Source: Chloroflexota bacterium
Lineage (GTDB): Bacteria; Chloroflexota; UBA11872; VXOZ01
Length of the DNA stretch: 64,000 nt
Direction of reading: 5' to 3'
NCBI GenBank assembly: GCA_965221905.1
Contig: OZ244922.1
Location: 97,394 to 161,393, forward strand
In this document: one piece after another, positions 47,475-57,612 of the stretch
Layout of the letters: every line of letters begins with the position of its first letter
Position numbering within the stretch: position 1 is the stretch's first letter
Notes under the pieces: generated by a model
The model's database searches: none
What the model was told of the DNA's origin: nothing
What the model saw: the letters and a program-made list of their open reading frames with translations, nothing else
Translations under genes and position numbers: made by a program

Positions 47475-49649
47475 ATGAGCAACCGCGTAGACGTCGAAAT
47501 CTTGCGTTCCCTGAAGGGGCTGAGTATATACTCGCCGGTCGCCCTTTCCCCGGATGGCACCTTGGCCGCCTACGGTATCAGGGAGATGCATCGCGAAACA
47601 CCGCAGACTCCCTCAGGGATGCTCGCAATGGGAGCATTAACCGGCGTGCTAGGCGTCGAACTCTGGATTGCAGACCTTGCCGACGGTACGGCAAGAGCCC
47701 TTACCCCTGGCTGGGGGAGTAGCTGGGGGCCGCGCTGGTCTCCCGACGGGCAATGGCTGGCGTTCTACTCTGATCGCAATGGCGTGGCACACGTTTGGCT
47801 CTGGAACCGCTGGACCGAAGAAACCCGCGCGGCGTGCGAGGATCCTGTGTGCATGGCGGCTGAGTTCGAACAACTGCACTGGCTTTCGGACAGCACGCAT
47901 CTGGTAGCAAAGATGCGCGCGCCCGGTTGGGACCCGCCCCAAGAGAGTGAAGTGGAAGAAGCGGTGAGCGGCCGGGAAATCTGGGAATCTCCCGTGCTTG
48001 GGGCATCGGATCGAACCGAGGAAGAAGGTTGGCGCTGGTTCGATAGTGCACGGGGCGACATCGGCGTAATCAACATTGACACCGGCACAGCACGACGCCT
48101 GGGAACGGAGATATTTCCTTGTGGCTTCGCGCCATCGCCCGATGGGCGCCATGTCGCTGCGACGTGCGTGGCAGAGTTAGACCACTTTGACTTGCATGTA
48201 TTCGCAGTTGACGGCTCTCACAGCGAGGTACTTGTGGAGGGCATTCCCTCAAATTGGGGGGCGTTTGCGTGGTCGCCGGCGGGAGAGGCGATTGCCTACA
48301 CGACCTATGGCGATGAACCGGGGCAGCTTATCGTCGTGTCGCTGGATGGCGACCAACGCGTGCTCCACGACGGCAGCGAGGTCGACTTTGCCAACGAGGA
48401 GCCGTATCCGCCACCACTTTGGTCTCCGGACGGAGAGAAGGTCTACTGCTGGGCCAACCGGTCAATCTACGCAGTGTCCCTCTCCACCGGCGCTATGGAA
48501 ATCATCACCCGCGAACTGGAACACCATACCGTGTGGGGGTTCATTAACACGCTGGGCAACAATACCGTGAATGACGGCGGACGCCCCGGCGACGTTCTCG
48601 TGTTAGCGCAACACCGCCAGAGCAAGCGACAGGGCATCTACAGAGTCGGTAACGGTCCGCCGGAAGTAGTGCTGCCAGAACAACAGCGCCACCTAATTAA
48701 TCTGATGCTCTATGGTGACAGCAACGGGAATCACATTGTAGGCCCGATTGAATCCGCCTCGCATCCCGCCGATCTCTTTCGCATTGCAGTTGCAACCGGT
48801 GAGGAAGAGCGGATTACGCGGCTCAACCCATCACTTGAAGGTGTGTCTTGGGGTACCGCTCGGCTGCTCGACCATGCAGGCGCGGACGGTGAAGCATTGC
48901 AGGGTGCGGTGTTGCTCCCTGCCGGGTATCAAGAGGGCGTGCGCTATCCGACGATAGTCAATGTGGGCCTTGGCACGGGGGGCTCCGGTTTCGTCAATTA
49001 CTTTGAGTGGGATAGCCTCAGCTTCATCGAGCTGCACGCCTTAACGACCCGTGGCTATGTGGTGATTGTACCGTCAAACCCACGTCGTGGGCCGGACGTG
49101 GCCGATGAAGTAACCGCTCAGGTGCTGAATGCCCTTGATGCGTCGGTCGCGGCAGGGTACTCCGATCCGGAGCGGGCAGGTGTGATGGGGCATAGTCGCG
49201 GCGGTTACAGCGCCTGCTGTGTGGTAACGCGCACTGATCGCTTCCGCGCGGCTGTCGCCGGCGCCCCTATCACGAATTTTGTCAGTTTTGGCTTGTCCGT
49301 TTCCGGGAATGAGATGTCGGCTTGGGAGAAGACGACCGGGTATGTCTTCCACCTGCGCAATACCTTGTGGGAAGCACGGGAACAGTGGCTGGAGAACTCA
49401 CCAGTACTCTTCTGCGATCGTGTTACCACTCCAATGCTCCTCATATGCGGTACCGCCGACGAAGACTGCATGGCGCAGGCTGAAGAGATGTATGGCGGCC
49501 TGCGTCAGCTTGGCAAGAAGGCAACCCTCGTGCGGTACCATGGCGAAGGTCATGCGGTTGGTTGGTGGTCGACAGAGAATGCGCAAGATTGCTGGGACCG
49601 CATCATCGGCTGGTTCGATCGCTACGTAAAGGGTGATGCGGCGGAGTAG
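47475..49649 (+). CDS. S9 (prolyl oligopeptidase) family serine peptidase with N-terminal beta-propeller
   Basis: About 724 aa; TolB-like WSPDG repeats; nucleophile elbow MGHSRGGY; C-terminal GTADEDC...HGEGH (Asp/His of the triad); AGGAGG RBS. Confidence 0.8.
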   Translation: MSNRVDVEILRSLKGLSIYSPVALSPDGTLAAYGIREMHRETPQTPSGMLAMGALTGVLGVELWIADLADGTARALTPGWGSSWGPRWSPDGQWLAFYSDRNGVAHVWLWNRWTEETRAACEDPVCMAAEFEQLHWLSDSTHLVAKMRAPGWDPPQESEVEEAVSGREIWESPVLGASDRTEEEGWRWFDSARGDIGVINIDTGTARRLGTEIFPCGFAPSPDGRHVAATCVAELDHFDLHVFAVDGSHSEVLVEGIPSNWGAFAWSPAGEAIAYTTYGDEPGQLIVVSLDGDQRVLHDGSEVDFANEEPYPPPLWSPDGEKVYCWANRSIYAVSLSTGAMEIITRELEHHTVWGFINTLGNNTVNDGGRPGDVLVLAQHRQSKRQGIYRVGNGPPEVVLPEQQRHLINLMLYGDSNGNHIVGPIESASHPADLFRIAVATGEEERITRLNPSLEGVSWGTARLLDHAGADGEALQGAVLLPAGYQEGVRYPTIVNVGLGTGGSGFVNYFEWDSLSFIELHALTTRGYVVIVPSNPRRGPDVADEVTAQVLNALDASVAAGYSDPERAGVMGHSRGGYSACCVVTRTDRFRAAVAGAPITNFVSFGLSVSGNEMSAWEKTTGYVFHLRNTLWEAREQWLENSPVLFCDRVTTPMLLICGTADEDCMAQAEEMYGGLRQLGKKATLVRYHGEGHAVGWWSTENAQDCWDRIIGWFDRYVKGDAAE

Positions 49650-49680
49650 TCCAATATTCTTGTATTGATCAAGAGGAGCT

Positions 49681-49740
49681 CGGGTAGCGCAGGTTCGCAA
49701 CCTGCGGCCATAGTAGGATCCTGCGCTTTCGCTCCGTGTT
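49681..49740. repeat. Solo diverged copy of the 59-bp unit seen in the gyrA-upstream tandem array
   Basis: ggtagcgcaggttcgcaacctgcggcc...cctgcgctttcgctccg versus ggtagcgtaggtttgaaacctgcgccc...ccggtttcgctccgg. Confidence 0.6.
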
Positions 49741-49977
49741 GTTGGGCAATTCGCCTCAATCGGAGTGACTCCGCAAGAGAAAGCTGTTCGACGAGGAGAT
49801 GACAGCGGGCTGGGACTCTTCAGAAGGAAGAAGCGGCCAAAGCTCCCCTAAGTTCCGCACAGTGATAGTATACGGACAGTGCCGTGGCGCGACCGGCAAA
49901 GGTATCCAATCGGGCTGAACACTTAAGCAACCTTCACTCTAGGCCAACAAACACCTGAACATGAGGGATGAGAGCGC

Positions 49978-51294
49978 ATGAAGTCTGTGTCTGAGGCGAG
50001 CATGTTGCAGCAGGAACTCTTAGCGACCAGCCGGCAGGTTTTTCCGGGAGGGTCGTCGGGCTTGTGGCGTCTGCCGGACGAGTATCATATCGTGGTCAAC
50101 CACGGGCTCGGCAGCCACGTGTGGGACATGACCGGCAGGGAGTACATCGACTGCATCCTGGGTTCGGGGCCGGTAATCGTCGGTCATGCCCATCCGGCGG
50201 TGGTGGCGGCGGTGCAAGCCCAGGTGGCACAGGGCGCGACCTACTTTCTCCTCAATGAACCGGCAATTCGGCTGGCGGAAATGGTGGTTGATGCCGTGCC
50301 GTGCGCCGAACAGATTCGCTTCGTCAGCACCGGCACAGAGGCGACGTTCTACGCTATTCGCATTGCCCGCGCCTTTACCGGACGCAACAAGGTGCTCAAG
50401 TTCGAAGGCGCGCTCCACGGCGGGAACGACTACGCCACCATGAGCACCGTGCCGCCGCGCACCAGCGACTACCCCCACGGCATACCGGATAGCAGCGGCA
50501 TTCCGCCGCAGGTGCAGGAACAGGTGCTGGTCTCCGAATTCAACAATCTCGCGCTCACCCGCGAGTTGGTGCTCCGTCACGGCGACGACTTGGCGGCGAT
50601 CATCATGGAGCCGCTGCAGCGCGCGCTCAATCCGGACCCGGGTTTCCTGGCTGCCATGCGCGACCTGGCCCACGAGGTCGGGGCGCTGCTTATCTTCGAT
50701 GAGATCGTCACCGGCTTCCGCTTGGCATGGGGAGGCGCGCAGGAATACTACGGCGTGGAGCCGGATCTGGCGGTGCTGGGCAAAGCGTTGGGCGGCGGCT
50801 ACTCAGTGGGCGCGGTGGCGGGACCCGCCGAGATTATGGAAGTGGTCTCGTCGGCCATCAGAGGCACGCCGCGTTACGTCTGGATGGGCGGTACGTTTAG
50901 CGGCAACCCGCTGAGCTCGGTAGCAGGCCTGGCGACCCTGGGCGTGCTCCAAGAAGAGGGGAGCTTTGCGCGGCTGCACGAGATTGGCGACCAGGTGCGC
51001 ACCGGACTTGAGGCGCTGGGTAGAGAGTGCGGCGAGCCGCTGCAGGCGATTGGCGCCGGGCCGTTGCTCCAGGTCTTCTTCGGCGAAGGCACCCTGCGCA
51101 GCTACCGCGATTGCCTGCAAACGGACAACACCAAACGCATCGCCTTCGCCCGCGAACTGCTTCGCTCCGGCATCCTCACCAACCCCGGCGAGAAGCTCTA
51201 CTTCTCCCTGGCCCACACCGATGAGGACGTGGGAGAAATCCTCGACCGCGCTCGGGCGGCACTGAAGACGGTGCAGGAGGGGGCGTCCGCTTGA
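49978..51294 (+). CDS. Class-III aminotransferase (glutamate-1-semialdehyde aminomutase-like)
   Basis: 438 aa; YIDCILGSGPVIVGHAHPAV, FDEIVTGFR and PLP-Lys region. Confidence 0.8.
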   Translation: MKSVSEASMLQQELLATSRQVFPGGSSGLWRLPDEYHIVVNHGLGSHVWDMTGREYIDCILGSGPVIVGHAHPAVVAAVQAQVAQGATYFLLNEPAIRLAEMVVDAVPCAEQIRFVSTGTEATFYAIRIARAFTGRNKVLKFEGALHGGNDYATMSTVPPRTSDYPHGIPDSSGIPPQVQEQVLVSEFNNLALTRELVLRHGDDLAAIIMEPLQRALNPDPGFLAAMRDLAHEVGALLIFDEIVTGFRLAWGGAQEYYGVEPDLAVLGKALGGGYSVGAVAGPAEIMEVVSSAIRGTPRYVWMGGTFSGNPLSSVAGLATLGVLQEEGSFARLHEIGDQVRTGLEALGRECGEPLQAIGAGPLLQVFFGEGTLRSYRDCLQTDNTKRIAFARELLRSGILTNPGEKLYFSLAHTDEDVGEILDRARAALKTVQEGASA

Positions 51295-51397
51295 ATGACA
51301 ATGCTAATGAGCTGCCTCTTCGGAAGGTGTCTTTTGCTGCGTCTCACGAGTGTTCGTGACTGGGTGGAGATGCTGGAATAGTAGTGGATTCTCAACT

Positions 51398-52159
51398 TTA
51401 CGACCAGCCGATAACGGGAGTGACAATCCAGGGGTGAAGCAATGGGTCTGATGAGAACCGCGGAAAGCTGTCTGGCCAAGGCAACTCAATGAGGTGGTTC
51501 TTGCTTGCCGCGTCAATCAGGTCCTGACTGTGTCCTACACCAAGCAAGTAGACCCTCACGCCGCGACTCTTGAGTTCGTTGATCATTTCCGCGTATCCGC
51601 CATCTCTCGTGATAAGTACGAGAATGGTGCGTGACGGGTCCTGGCCGCAGTAGGTACTACAGTGATGGATTATCTTCTCGTCCAAGTCATCGCTTTCTTC
51701 CCACACGTCCCAGTCATGGTTTTCTAACGTCTCCGTAGGGTCGAAGAAACTGTAACCCGGGGTGGAGCGGACGAATGCCTTGAATTTTCGTTGGGCCGTA
51801 GTCGAAAATCGCTCTTCAAGCTCTGCCCTCAGCCAGGCATCCAAATGGGGCAAGTGTTGAATTTGTGCAGCTAGATTCGGAAAATCCCATACAACCAGCA
51901 TGCGAGTGGGTTTCATAATCTGCTTCTTCCTCTTCTTAAAGAAACTGGGGGTAATACCTCTTTCCATCGCAATCGAATGGATTGCAGCGAGTGACGTGGC
52001 ATCTGGCGTAGTGGCCCCAGTCTCCCAACGTGATACCGTGTTTTGCGGTATACCGAGAGAGGTTGCGAGCTTAGCTTGTGACAGGCTAAGTCTCTTTCGC
52101 AACTCTACGATGCTCTCTGGGCTAAAGCTATACCGTTGCTGCTTTACGGGTGCCATCAT
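51398..52159 (-). CDS. HTH-XRE / NYN (LabA-like PIN-type RNase) fusion protein
   Basis: 253 aa; HTH LSQAKLATSLGIPQNTVSRWETG; NYN segments MLVVWDFPN and LVLITRDGGYAEMINELKSRGVRVYLLG; lower GC. Confidence 0.65.
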   Translation of the reverse strand: MMAPVKQQRYSFSPESIVELRKRLSLSQAKLATSLGIPQNTVSRWETGATTPDATSLAAIHSIAMERGITPSFFKKRKKQIMKPTRMLVVWDFPNLAAQIQHLPHLDAWLRAELEERFSTTAQRKFKAFVRSTPGYSFFDPTETLENHDWDVWEESDDLDEKIIHHCSTYCGQDPSRTILVLITRDGGYAEMINELKSRGVRVYLLGVGHSQDLIDAASKNHLIELPWPDSFPRFSSDPLLHPWIVTPVIGWS

Positions 52160-52303
52160 TGTCTCCGTTGTTCGAAAAGCGAAAGCAAAACATCAAAGTC
52201 ACAGTACCATAGATATAGGGAGAAGTCTACAGATCTGTAGAATGTTGTGTGACTTCCGTGACAGTCTTGCCTTATGAAGTCTGGGCTAGCTGAGGAGGTC
52301 AAG

Positions 52304-52867
52304 TTACTTTAGGCTCTCGCAGGCGGTGCCGTCTTCATCTCTATCGAGCTGGTTTGGGTCTGAACTATCGGCATCCAATACCGCTTGAGCCTGCCACTGG
52401 AACTCAAAGTCTCCGCAATTATACTCGTCCCCTTGGCCAAGGTACTGTTGCGGGTCGAAGTCACTCTGCGGCGGTGCGGTAGGTATTGGGATTGGCGATG
52501 GGATGGCGGTCGGTGCGGGAGAAGGAGTTGGTATTGGTGACGGAATAGCAGTAGGCATGGAAGTTGGAGAGGGCTTGGGTGCTGGGACAGCCGTTGGCAC
52601 AGGAGAAGGAGTAGCCAGCGGCGTAAGGACAGGTGTAGCTGTTGGCTCAGGTGTAGCAGCAATAGTAGCAAGCAGCAAAGGTGTGGCGGTTGCTTTAACA
52701 CGGGCGGTGGGAGGCGCCGCGGCAGAGTTCGAATCGCTCTCTTCGTCTCCTCCACAGGCGAGCACACTGATGCAGGAGCCTATCAGCAGGATATAAATAA
52801 GACTAGCGGCAATCTGATTCCCGCGCGTGGCCGAACGGAAACCGGGAATTCTGCGTAGAACACCCAT
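52304..52867 (-). CDS. Lipoprotein with Pro/Thr-rich linker and C-terminal Excalibur calcium-binding domain
   Basis: 187 aa; (TAIPSPIPTP)n low-complexity linker; DEYNCGDF...DRDEDGTACE. Confidence 0.7.
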   Translation of the reverse strand: MGVLRRIPGFRSATRGNQIAASLIYILLIGSCISVLACGGDEESDSNSAAAPPTARVKATATPLLLATIAATPEPTATPVLTPLATPSPVPTAVPAPKPSPTSMPTAIPSPIPTPSPAPTAIPSPIPIPTAPPQSDFDPQQYLGQGDEYNCGDFEFQWQAQAVLDADSSDPNQLDRDEDGTACESLK

Positions 52868-53029
52868 GTATTCTTACTGCTCAAGTGTCAGGAATTGCAT
52901 TCCCACCTCGCAACGAGTGCGGAACATGAATTGTGGGGGAAGGGTGGTAAGAGGCCTACACATCCAAGTTGCCATGCTAATACACTGCTACCGCCTCCTC
53001 GTGCACAGCGATTCCTAGCGAAACCCACG

Positions 53030-53371
53030 TCAGGAGACATCAGACTGTGCTAAAAAGGCGCTGGCAAGGACTGTCTTGACTAGCGCAGCGTCTTGCGCAT
53101 GGCACGACCGGCCCTTGCCTGCCACGCGGCGCACGATGCGCTGTCCGACACGCCCCTTGCGCACGGCGTTCACGTCACCGAGAAGCCGCGCCAACCAGTA
53201 GAGAAGTGACCGTATCTTCATCCGAGCTCCACAGTGCCATTCCAATCTGGTGGGGAGTGTACCACAGACCTCCGCGCAGCAGCTGACCGGCAATGCGTAG
53301 ACAAGACTGGTAACGACCTGCTTCCAACGCACGCTCGAGCGAAATCCGGTGATCTTGCGTATGAGACCCAC
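53030..53371 (-). CDS. Hypothetical protein whose N-terminus is paralogous to the Excalibur lipoprotein
   Basis: 113 aa; MGLIRKITGFRSSVRWKQVVTSLVYAL versus MGVLRRIPGFRSATRGNQIAASLIYIL. Confidence 0.35.
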   Translation of the reverse strand: MGLIRKITGFRSSVRWKQVVTSLVYALPVSCCAEVCGTLPTRLEWHCGARMKIRSLLYWLARLLGDVNAVRKGRVGQRIVRRVAGKGRSCHAQDAALVKTVLASAFLAQSDVS

Positions 53372-53481
53372 TCGACGGTGAGACTACAACGTCACCATCG
53401 GCTCCAGGCCTATCGGCAACTAACTGATGTGCGCACATGTGAGGAAGGGCAACTGTAAATGTACTACTTTGACCTTCCCAA

Positions 53482-53775
53482 TTGCACAGATGGTACTGTT
53501 TAATGGTACCATCTCTTTATATGAGGAGGAAGCATCAGCGCACCTTAGAACGAGTCTTCACAAGGCCCACGCCATCCGATATCAGGTGGGCTGATATCGA
53601 GAGTATGTTAGAGGCGGTCGGCGTGGAGGTCTCAGAGGGGTCAGGGTCGCGGGTGCGCCTGGTTGCTACTGACAGGGTGATGGTTGTTCATCGCCCACAC
53701 CCGCGGCCAGAGACAGGAAAAGCAACCGTAAGGGATGTTGTCGCGTTTCTTGCGTCTGTAGGAGTTGAGCCATGA
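53482..53775 (+). CDS. HicA-like toxin (YcfA/HicA family), start uncertain (possibly ATG at 53521)
   Basis: ...GSGSRVRLV...HRPHP...TVRDVVAFL pattern; overlaps hicB (ATGA). Confidence 0.55.
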   Translation: MHRWYCLMVPSLYMRRKHQRTLERVFTRPTPSDIRWADIESMLEAVGVEVSEGSGSRVRLVATDRVMVVHRPHPRPETGKATVRDVVAFLASVGVEP

Positions 53776-54107
53776 TGGAGTACAAGGGCTACGTTGCCAC
53801 AGTCGAATTCGATGATTCTGTCGGCTTGCTGCACGGCAGAGTTGTGAATAGCGGCGACTATCCCGTCGCTACCTTCGAGGCAGCGGATGTGGCAGGGCTG
53901 CGTGCCGAGTTCCGCCTATCTGTGGACGAATACCTTAGTGCGTGTCAAGAAGCAGGAATCGAGCCCCGGCCGCCGTTCTCCGGCAAGCTCAATCTGCGGC
54001 TCGGATCGGACCTGCATCAGCGCGTGGCGGTCACAGCGCTGCAGAGCGGCATGAGCATCAACGAGTGGATCAAGCACGTGCTTACAGAGAACGTGCAGGG
54101 CCGGTGA
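53772..54107 (+). CDS. HicB-family antitoxin
   Basis: 111 aa; MMEYKGYVATVEFDDS...LHGRVVN N-terminal HicB fold; C-terminal RHH-like LNLRLGSDLHQRV. Confidence 0.75.
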   Translation: MMEYKGYVATVEFDDSVGLLHGRVVNSGDYPVATFEAADVAGLRAEFRLSVDEYLSACQEAGIEPRPPFSGKLNLRLGSDLHQRVAVTALQSGMSINEWIKHVLTENVQGR

Positions 54108-54339
54108 GGGCGCATTCAAGTCTGCGGGTGGAGTAACTTTTGGCGAGTTTACAGCACGCTTGCGAAAGAGTCCCGCCTCTGCAGTGGCAACTAGCAGATA
54201 TTCGCCTATTAATGTCAATCCGAGAGGTGTGGAATTTCAGAGGCTTGCGGGCGGTTTCCGATTGCTTGCCGGCAAGCCTCTGGTCACCCTCATCCCAACC
54301 TTCTCCCGTCAAGGGAGAAGGGGTGCCGGAAAGGACTTC

Positions 54340-54705
54340 CTATGAAGCGGCTGGGAGGGCGCCTTTCGCCACGTTGGCGAGCTCGGCAAACGCTGCGCTG
54401 TCTTGGACGGCGAGGTCTGCCAGCATCTTGCGGTCCAGGGTAACGTTAGCTTCGCTGAGGCCGTGTATGAAGGCGCTGTAGGAGAGTCCGTTTTGGCGCG
54501 CGGCGGCGTTGATACGGACGATCCACAGGCGGCGCATTTCGCGCTTGCGGGTACGGCGGTGGCGGTAGGCAAACGCCATGCCGCGCATCACGGCTTCATT
54601 GGCGGTCTTGAAGAGGCGATGTCGGCCGCCCCAGTAACCTGAAGCGCGCTTGAGGACTTTCTTGTGGCGTTTGTGCGATGTTACGCCGCGTTTTACTCGG
54701 GGCAT
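54340..54705 (-). CDS. rplT: 50S ribosomal protein L20
   Basis: 121 aa; [19 protein letters not shown]...GYWGGR canonical. Confidence 0.9.
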   Translation of the reverse strand: MPRVKRGVTSHKRHKKVLKRASGYWGGRHRLFKTANEAVMRGMAFAYRHRRTRKREMRRLWIVRINAAARQNGLSYSAFIHGLSEANVTLDRKMLADLAVQDSAAFAELANVAKGALPAAS

Positions 54706-54809
54706 GGTCTCTCTACTCTTTGGTGTTCGCTACGTTTCTTCCAATGATTCACGTGCCCGGTAAAATAGCCGCGGGACAAGCCCCACGCGCTACAGTAACT
54801 CCAGGCTCT

Positions 54810-54905
54810 CTGTCGAATTCAGCTTCCTCAGCCTCAATCCGTTCGTCGGCCTCAATTTGATTGTCAGCCTCAGTCCGTTCGTCCTGAGCTTGTCGAAGGA
54901 TGAAC
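54810..54905. repeat. Repeat insertion between rpmI and rplT: tandem agcctcaRtccgttcgtc x2 plus cctgagcttgtcgaagg element
   Basis: cctgagcttgtcgaagg recurs at 4900-4920; related tcgacaggctcaggacgaacgg units at 13140, 14755, 14835 and 24200. Confidence 0.7.
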
Positions 54906-54974
54906 CGAGGGCACTGAGAACTCTTGAACTAATCTAATTGCCCGATCGCTGGAAGCTACACCGGCTCTTGGCAC

Positions 54975-55181
54975 TTACTTGATACCAGCGCCGGGTAGGA
55001 GTTTCTTGACGCGCTTCCTTTCGCCGTCGGGAGATTCGAAATAGTGCGCCGTAGTACGCAGCGTGCGCGGCTTCTTCTTGCGGCGCAAGTGGTTCATGCT
55101 CCCTTTAGGCCGCATCAGCTTGCCGGTGCCGCTGACCTTGAACCGCTTGCGCGTGCTCTTATGTGTCTTCATCTTAGGCAC
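54975..55181 (-). CDS. rpmI: 50S ribosomal protein L35 (GTG start)
   Basis: (V)[20 protein letters not shown]...; canonical L35 N-terminus. Confidence 0.85.
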   Translation of the reverse strand: MPKMKTHKSTRKRFKVSGTGKLMRPKGSMNHLRRKKKPRTLRTTAHYFESPDGERKRVKKLLPGAGIK

Positions 55182-55322
55182 GAGTCTATCGCCTCTCTTC
55201 ATTTAGAGGAATCGAGTGCTATGGTATCATACACGGAGCGGTGCGCACAACCTGCCAGCCGTCCAGATGTACCCCGTGTTTTGCCTCACTCGCGCTTCGC
55301 ATCCGTTCTTGGGAGACAGGGC

Positions 55323-57314
55323 ATGCCTCCGTTTCAAATGGTAACAGACCTAGCGCCGCGCGGCGATCAGCCCCAGGCGATTGACCAACTGGTCAGCGGG
55401 TGCCATGCCGAATACCCGTTCCAGACCCTTCTCGGCGTAACCGGTTCCGGTAAGACTCTCACCATGGCCCGGGTCATCCAAGCGATTCAGAAGCCGGCGC
55501 TTGTTCTTGCCCCCAACAAAACCCTGGCCGCGCAGCTTTTTTCCGAGTTTCGCGACTTCTTTCCGGAGAATGCGGTCGAGTACTTCGTCTCCTACTACGA
55601 CTACTACCAGCCCGAGGCGTACCTCCCGCGCACGGATACGTACATAGAAAAGGACTCGGACATCAACGAGGAGGTAGAGAAGCTCCGGCTCTCGGCCACA
55701 CGGTCTCTCATGGAGCGGCCGGATGTCGTTATCGTCGCGAGCGTCTCCTGCATCTACGGCATGGGCTCGCCCCACGACTACGGGCAAGTGGTCGTACCGC
55801 TGAACGTTGGCGAGCAGTACCGCCGCCAGAACGTGTTGCGGCATCTGAACGATATTCAGTACGAGAGGAACAACGTAGATTTTAAGCGGGGCACATATCG
55901 GGTGAAGGGCGATGTGCTCGACATCTTTCCGGCCTATGGCGATACCGCAATCCGCATAGACTTCTTTGGCGACGAAATAGACCGCATCATCGAGATCGAT
56001 CCGCTTACCGGTGAGATTCTGGATACGCGGCAAGCGATCAATATCTATCCGGCGAGCCACTTCGTGACGCCGGTGGAGCGCATTGACGAGGCCGTCAAGA
56101 GCATCGAGACGGAGCTCGACGAGCACGTCGCCGTGCTGCAAAGCGAGGGTAAGCTGCTCGAAACGCAGCGCCTGCTGCAACGCACCCGGTTCGATCTGGA
56201 GATGCTGCGCGAGACCGGCCACTGCAAGGGCATCGAGAACTATAGCCGCCATCTCGACGGGCGTAACGCCGGCGATCCCTCGTGGACGCTGCTGGACTAT
56301 TTCCCCAAGGACTTCCTCATGTTCATCGATGAGTCTCACGTCGCCGTGCCGCAACTGCGCGGCATGCATGCCGGGGACCGCTCGCGTAAGCAAGTGCTGG
56401 TGGATTACGGCTTTCGCTTGCCGAGTGCGCTCGATAACCGCCCGCTCATGTTTCAGGAGCTAGAGCAGCGTCTCAATCAGGTGATCTTCGTTTCCGCGAC
56501 GCCCAATATGTACGAACGCGAACGGAGCAGCCAGGTGGTGGAGCAGATTATCCGCCCCACCGGTCTGGTGGACCCTTCTATCGAAATACAGCCCACTACC
56601 GGTCAGATCGACCATCTCGTCAGTCATATTCGTCAGCGGGTGGCGCAGCACGAGCGTGTGCTGGTGACAACGCTGACAAAGCGCATGGCGGAGCAACTCG
56701 CCGATTACCTCAACGAAATCGGTATCAAGGTGCACTACCTGCACTCGGAGATCGATACCCTGGAGCGTGTGGAAATTCTGCGCGACCTCCGGCTGGGCGT
56801 GTACGACGTGGTAGTGGGCATCAACCTGCTGCGTGAAGGTCTAGACTTGCCGGAAGTATCGCTGGTGGCGATTCTGGATGCGGATAAGGAAGGCTACCTG
56901 CGCAGCGAGACCTCGCTGGTGCAGACCATCGGCCGCGCGGCGCGTCACATCAACGGCCACGTGGTCCTCTACGCCGATGTGGTGACCAATTCTATGCGCC
57001 GCGCCATCGACGAAACCTACCGCCGCCGCGATAGGCAGCTTGCCCACAACGATCAACACGGCATTAAGCCGGAGAGCGTGCACAAGGCGATTCGCGATAT
57101 TACCGATACCATTCGCGCCGTAGCGGAAGAGGAATCAAGCTACCAGGCGGAAAATAAGCCGCTCTCGGCCAAAGAGGCGCTGAAGCTCATCAAGGAGCTT
57201 GAGAAGCAGATGCGCAAGGCGGCGAGAGATCTGGACTTCGAGCGCGCCGCGCTCGTCCGCGATCAAATCCGCGAAATCCGCGCCGGCCAGCAGGAAGTGA
57301 TAACAGTCGAGTAG
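55323..57314 (+). CDS. uvrB: Excinuclease ABC subunit B
   Basis: About 663 aa from [20 protein letters not shown]; Walker A GVTGSGKT, helicase motifs, C-terminal UVR domain ([10 protein letters not shown]). Confidence 0.9.
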   Translation: MPPFQMVTDLAPRGDQPQAIDQLVSGCHAEYPFQTLLGVTGSGKTLTMARVIQAIQKPALVLAPNKTLAAQLFSEFRDFFPENAVEYFVSYYDYYQPEAYLPRTDTYIEKDSDINEEVEKLRLSATRSLMERPDVVIVASVSCIYGMGSPHDYGQVVVPLNVGEQYRRQNVLRHLNDIQYERNNVDFKRGTYRVKGDVLDIFPAYGDTAIRIDFFGDEIDRIIEIDPLTGEILDTRQAINIYPASHFVTPVERIDEAVKSIETELDEHVAVLQSEGKLLETQRLLQRTRFDLEMLRETGHCKGIENYSRHLDGRNAGDPSWTLLDYFPKDFLMFIDESHVAVPQLRGMHAGDRSRKQVLVDYGFRLPSALDNRPLMFQELEQRLNQVIFVSATPNMYERERSSQVVEQIIRPTGLVDPSIEIQPTTGQIDHLVSHIRQRVAQHERVLVTTLTKRMAEQLADYLNEIGIKVHYLHSEIDTLERVEILRDLRLGVYDVVVGINLLREGLDLPEVSLVAILDADKEGYLRSETSLVQTIGRAARHINGHVVLYADVVTNSMRRAIDETYRRRDRQLAHNDQHGIKPESVHKAIRDITDTIRAVAEEESSYQAENKPLSAKEALKLIKELEKQMRKAARDLDFERAALVRDQIREIRAGQQEVITVE

Positions 57315-57612
57315 GCGGGCCCGGGGTTAGGCGACTGGCGTCGGCTGACCGGGGTTGCCCGACGCTTTGCATAAGTCTCCCTCTCCCAAGAGTGGGAGAG
57401 GGTCGGGGTGAGGGTTGAACTGCTAACTTCAAGAGCACGGGCGGTGAACGGGCGCGTCAAGTTGCACGCCCACGTCTGACCAACTTGCTAACTGCATGCT
57501 CCAGGACTCCCACTCCGCTTTGCTCGGCTGGTAGTCGGGATGCACGATCTCTACTTCGCGCGGCGCCGGCTTGTCCGTCATGGCTTCCCTCCGAGGTGTT
57601 CTTGTATAGACC

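Noticed and set aside
55203-55320. Search for an infC or L20-leader-type regulatory RNA upstream of rpmI
   Set aside because: The region is short and leads directly into divergent uvrB. No recognisable structure was found.
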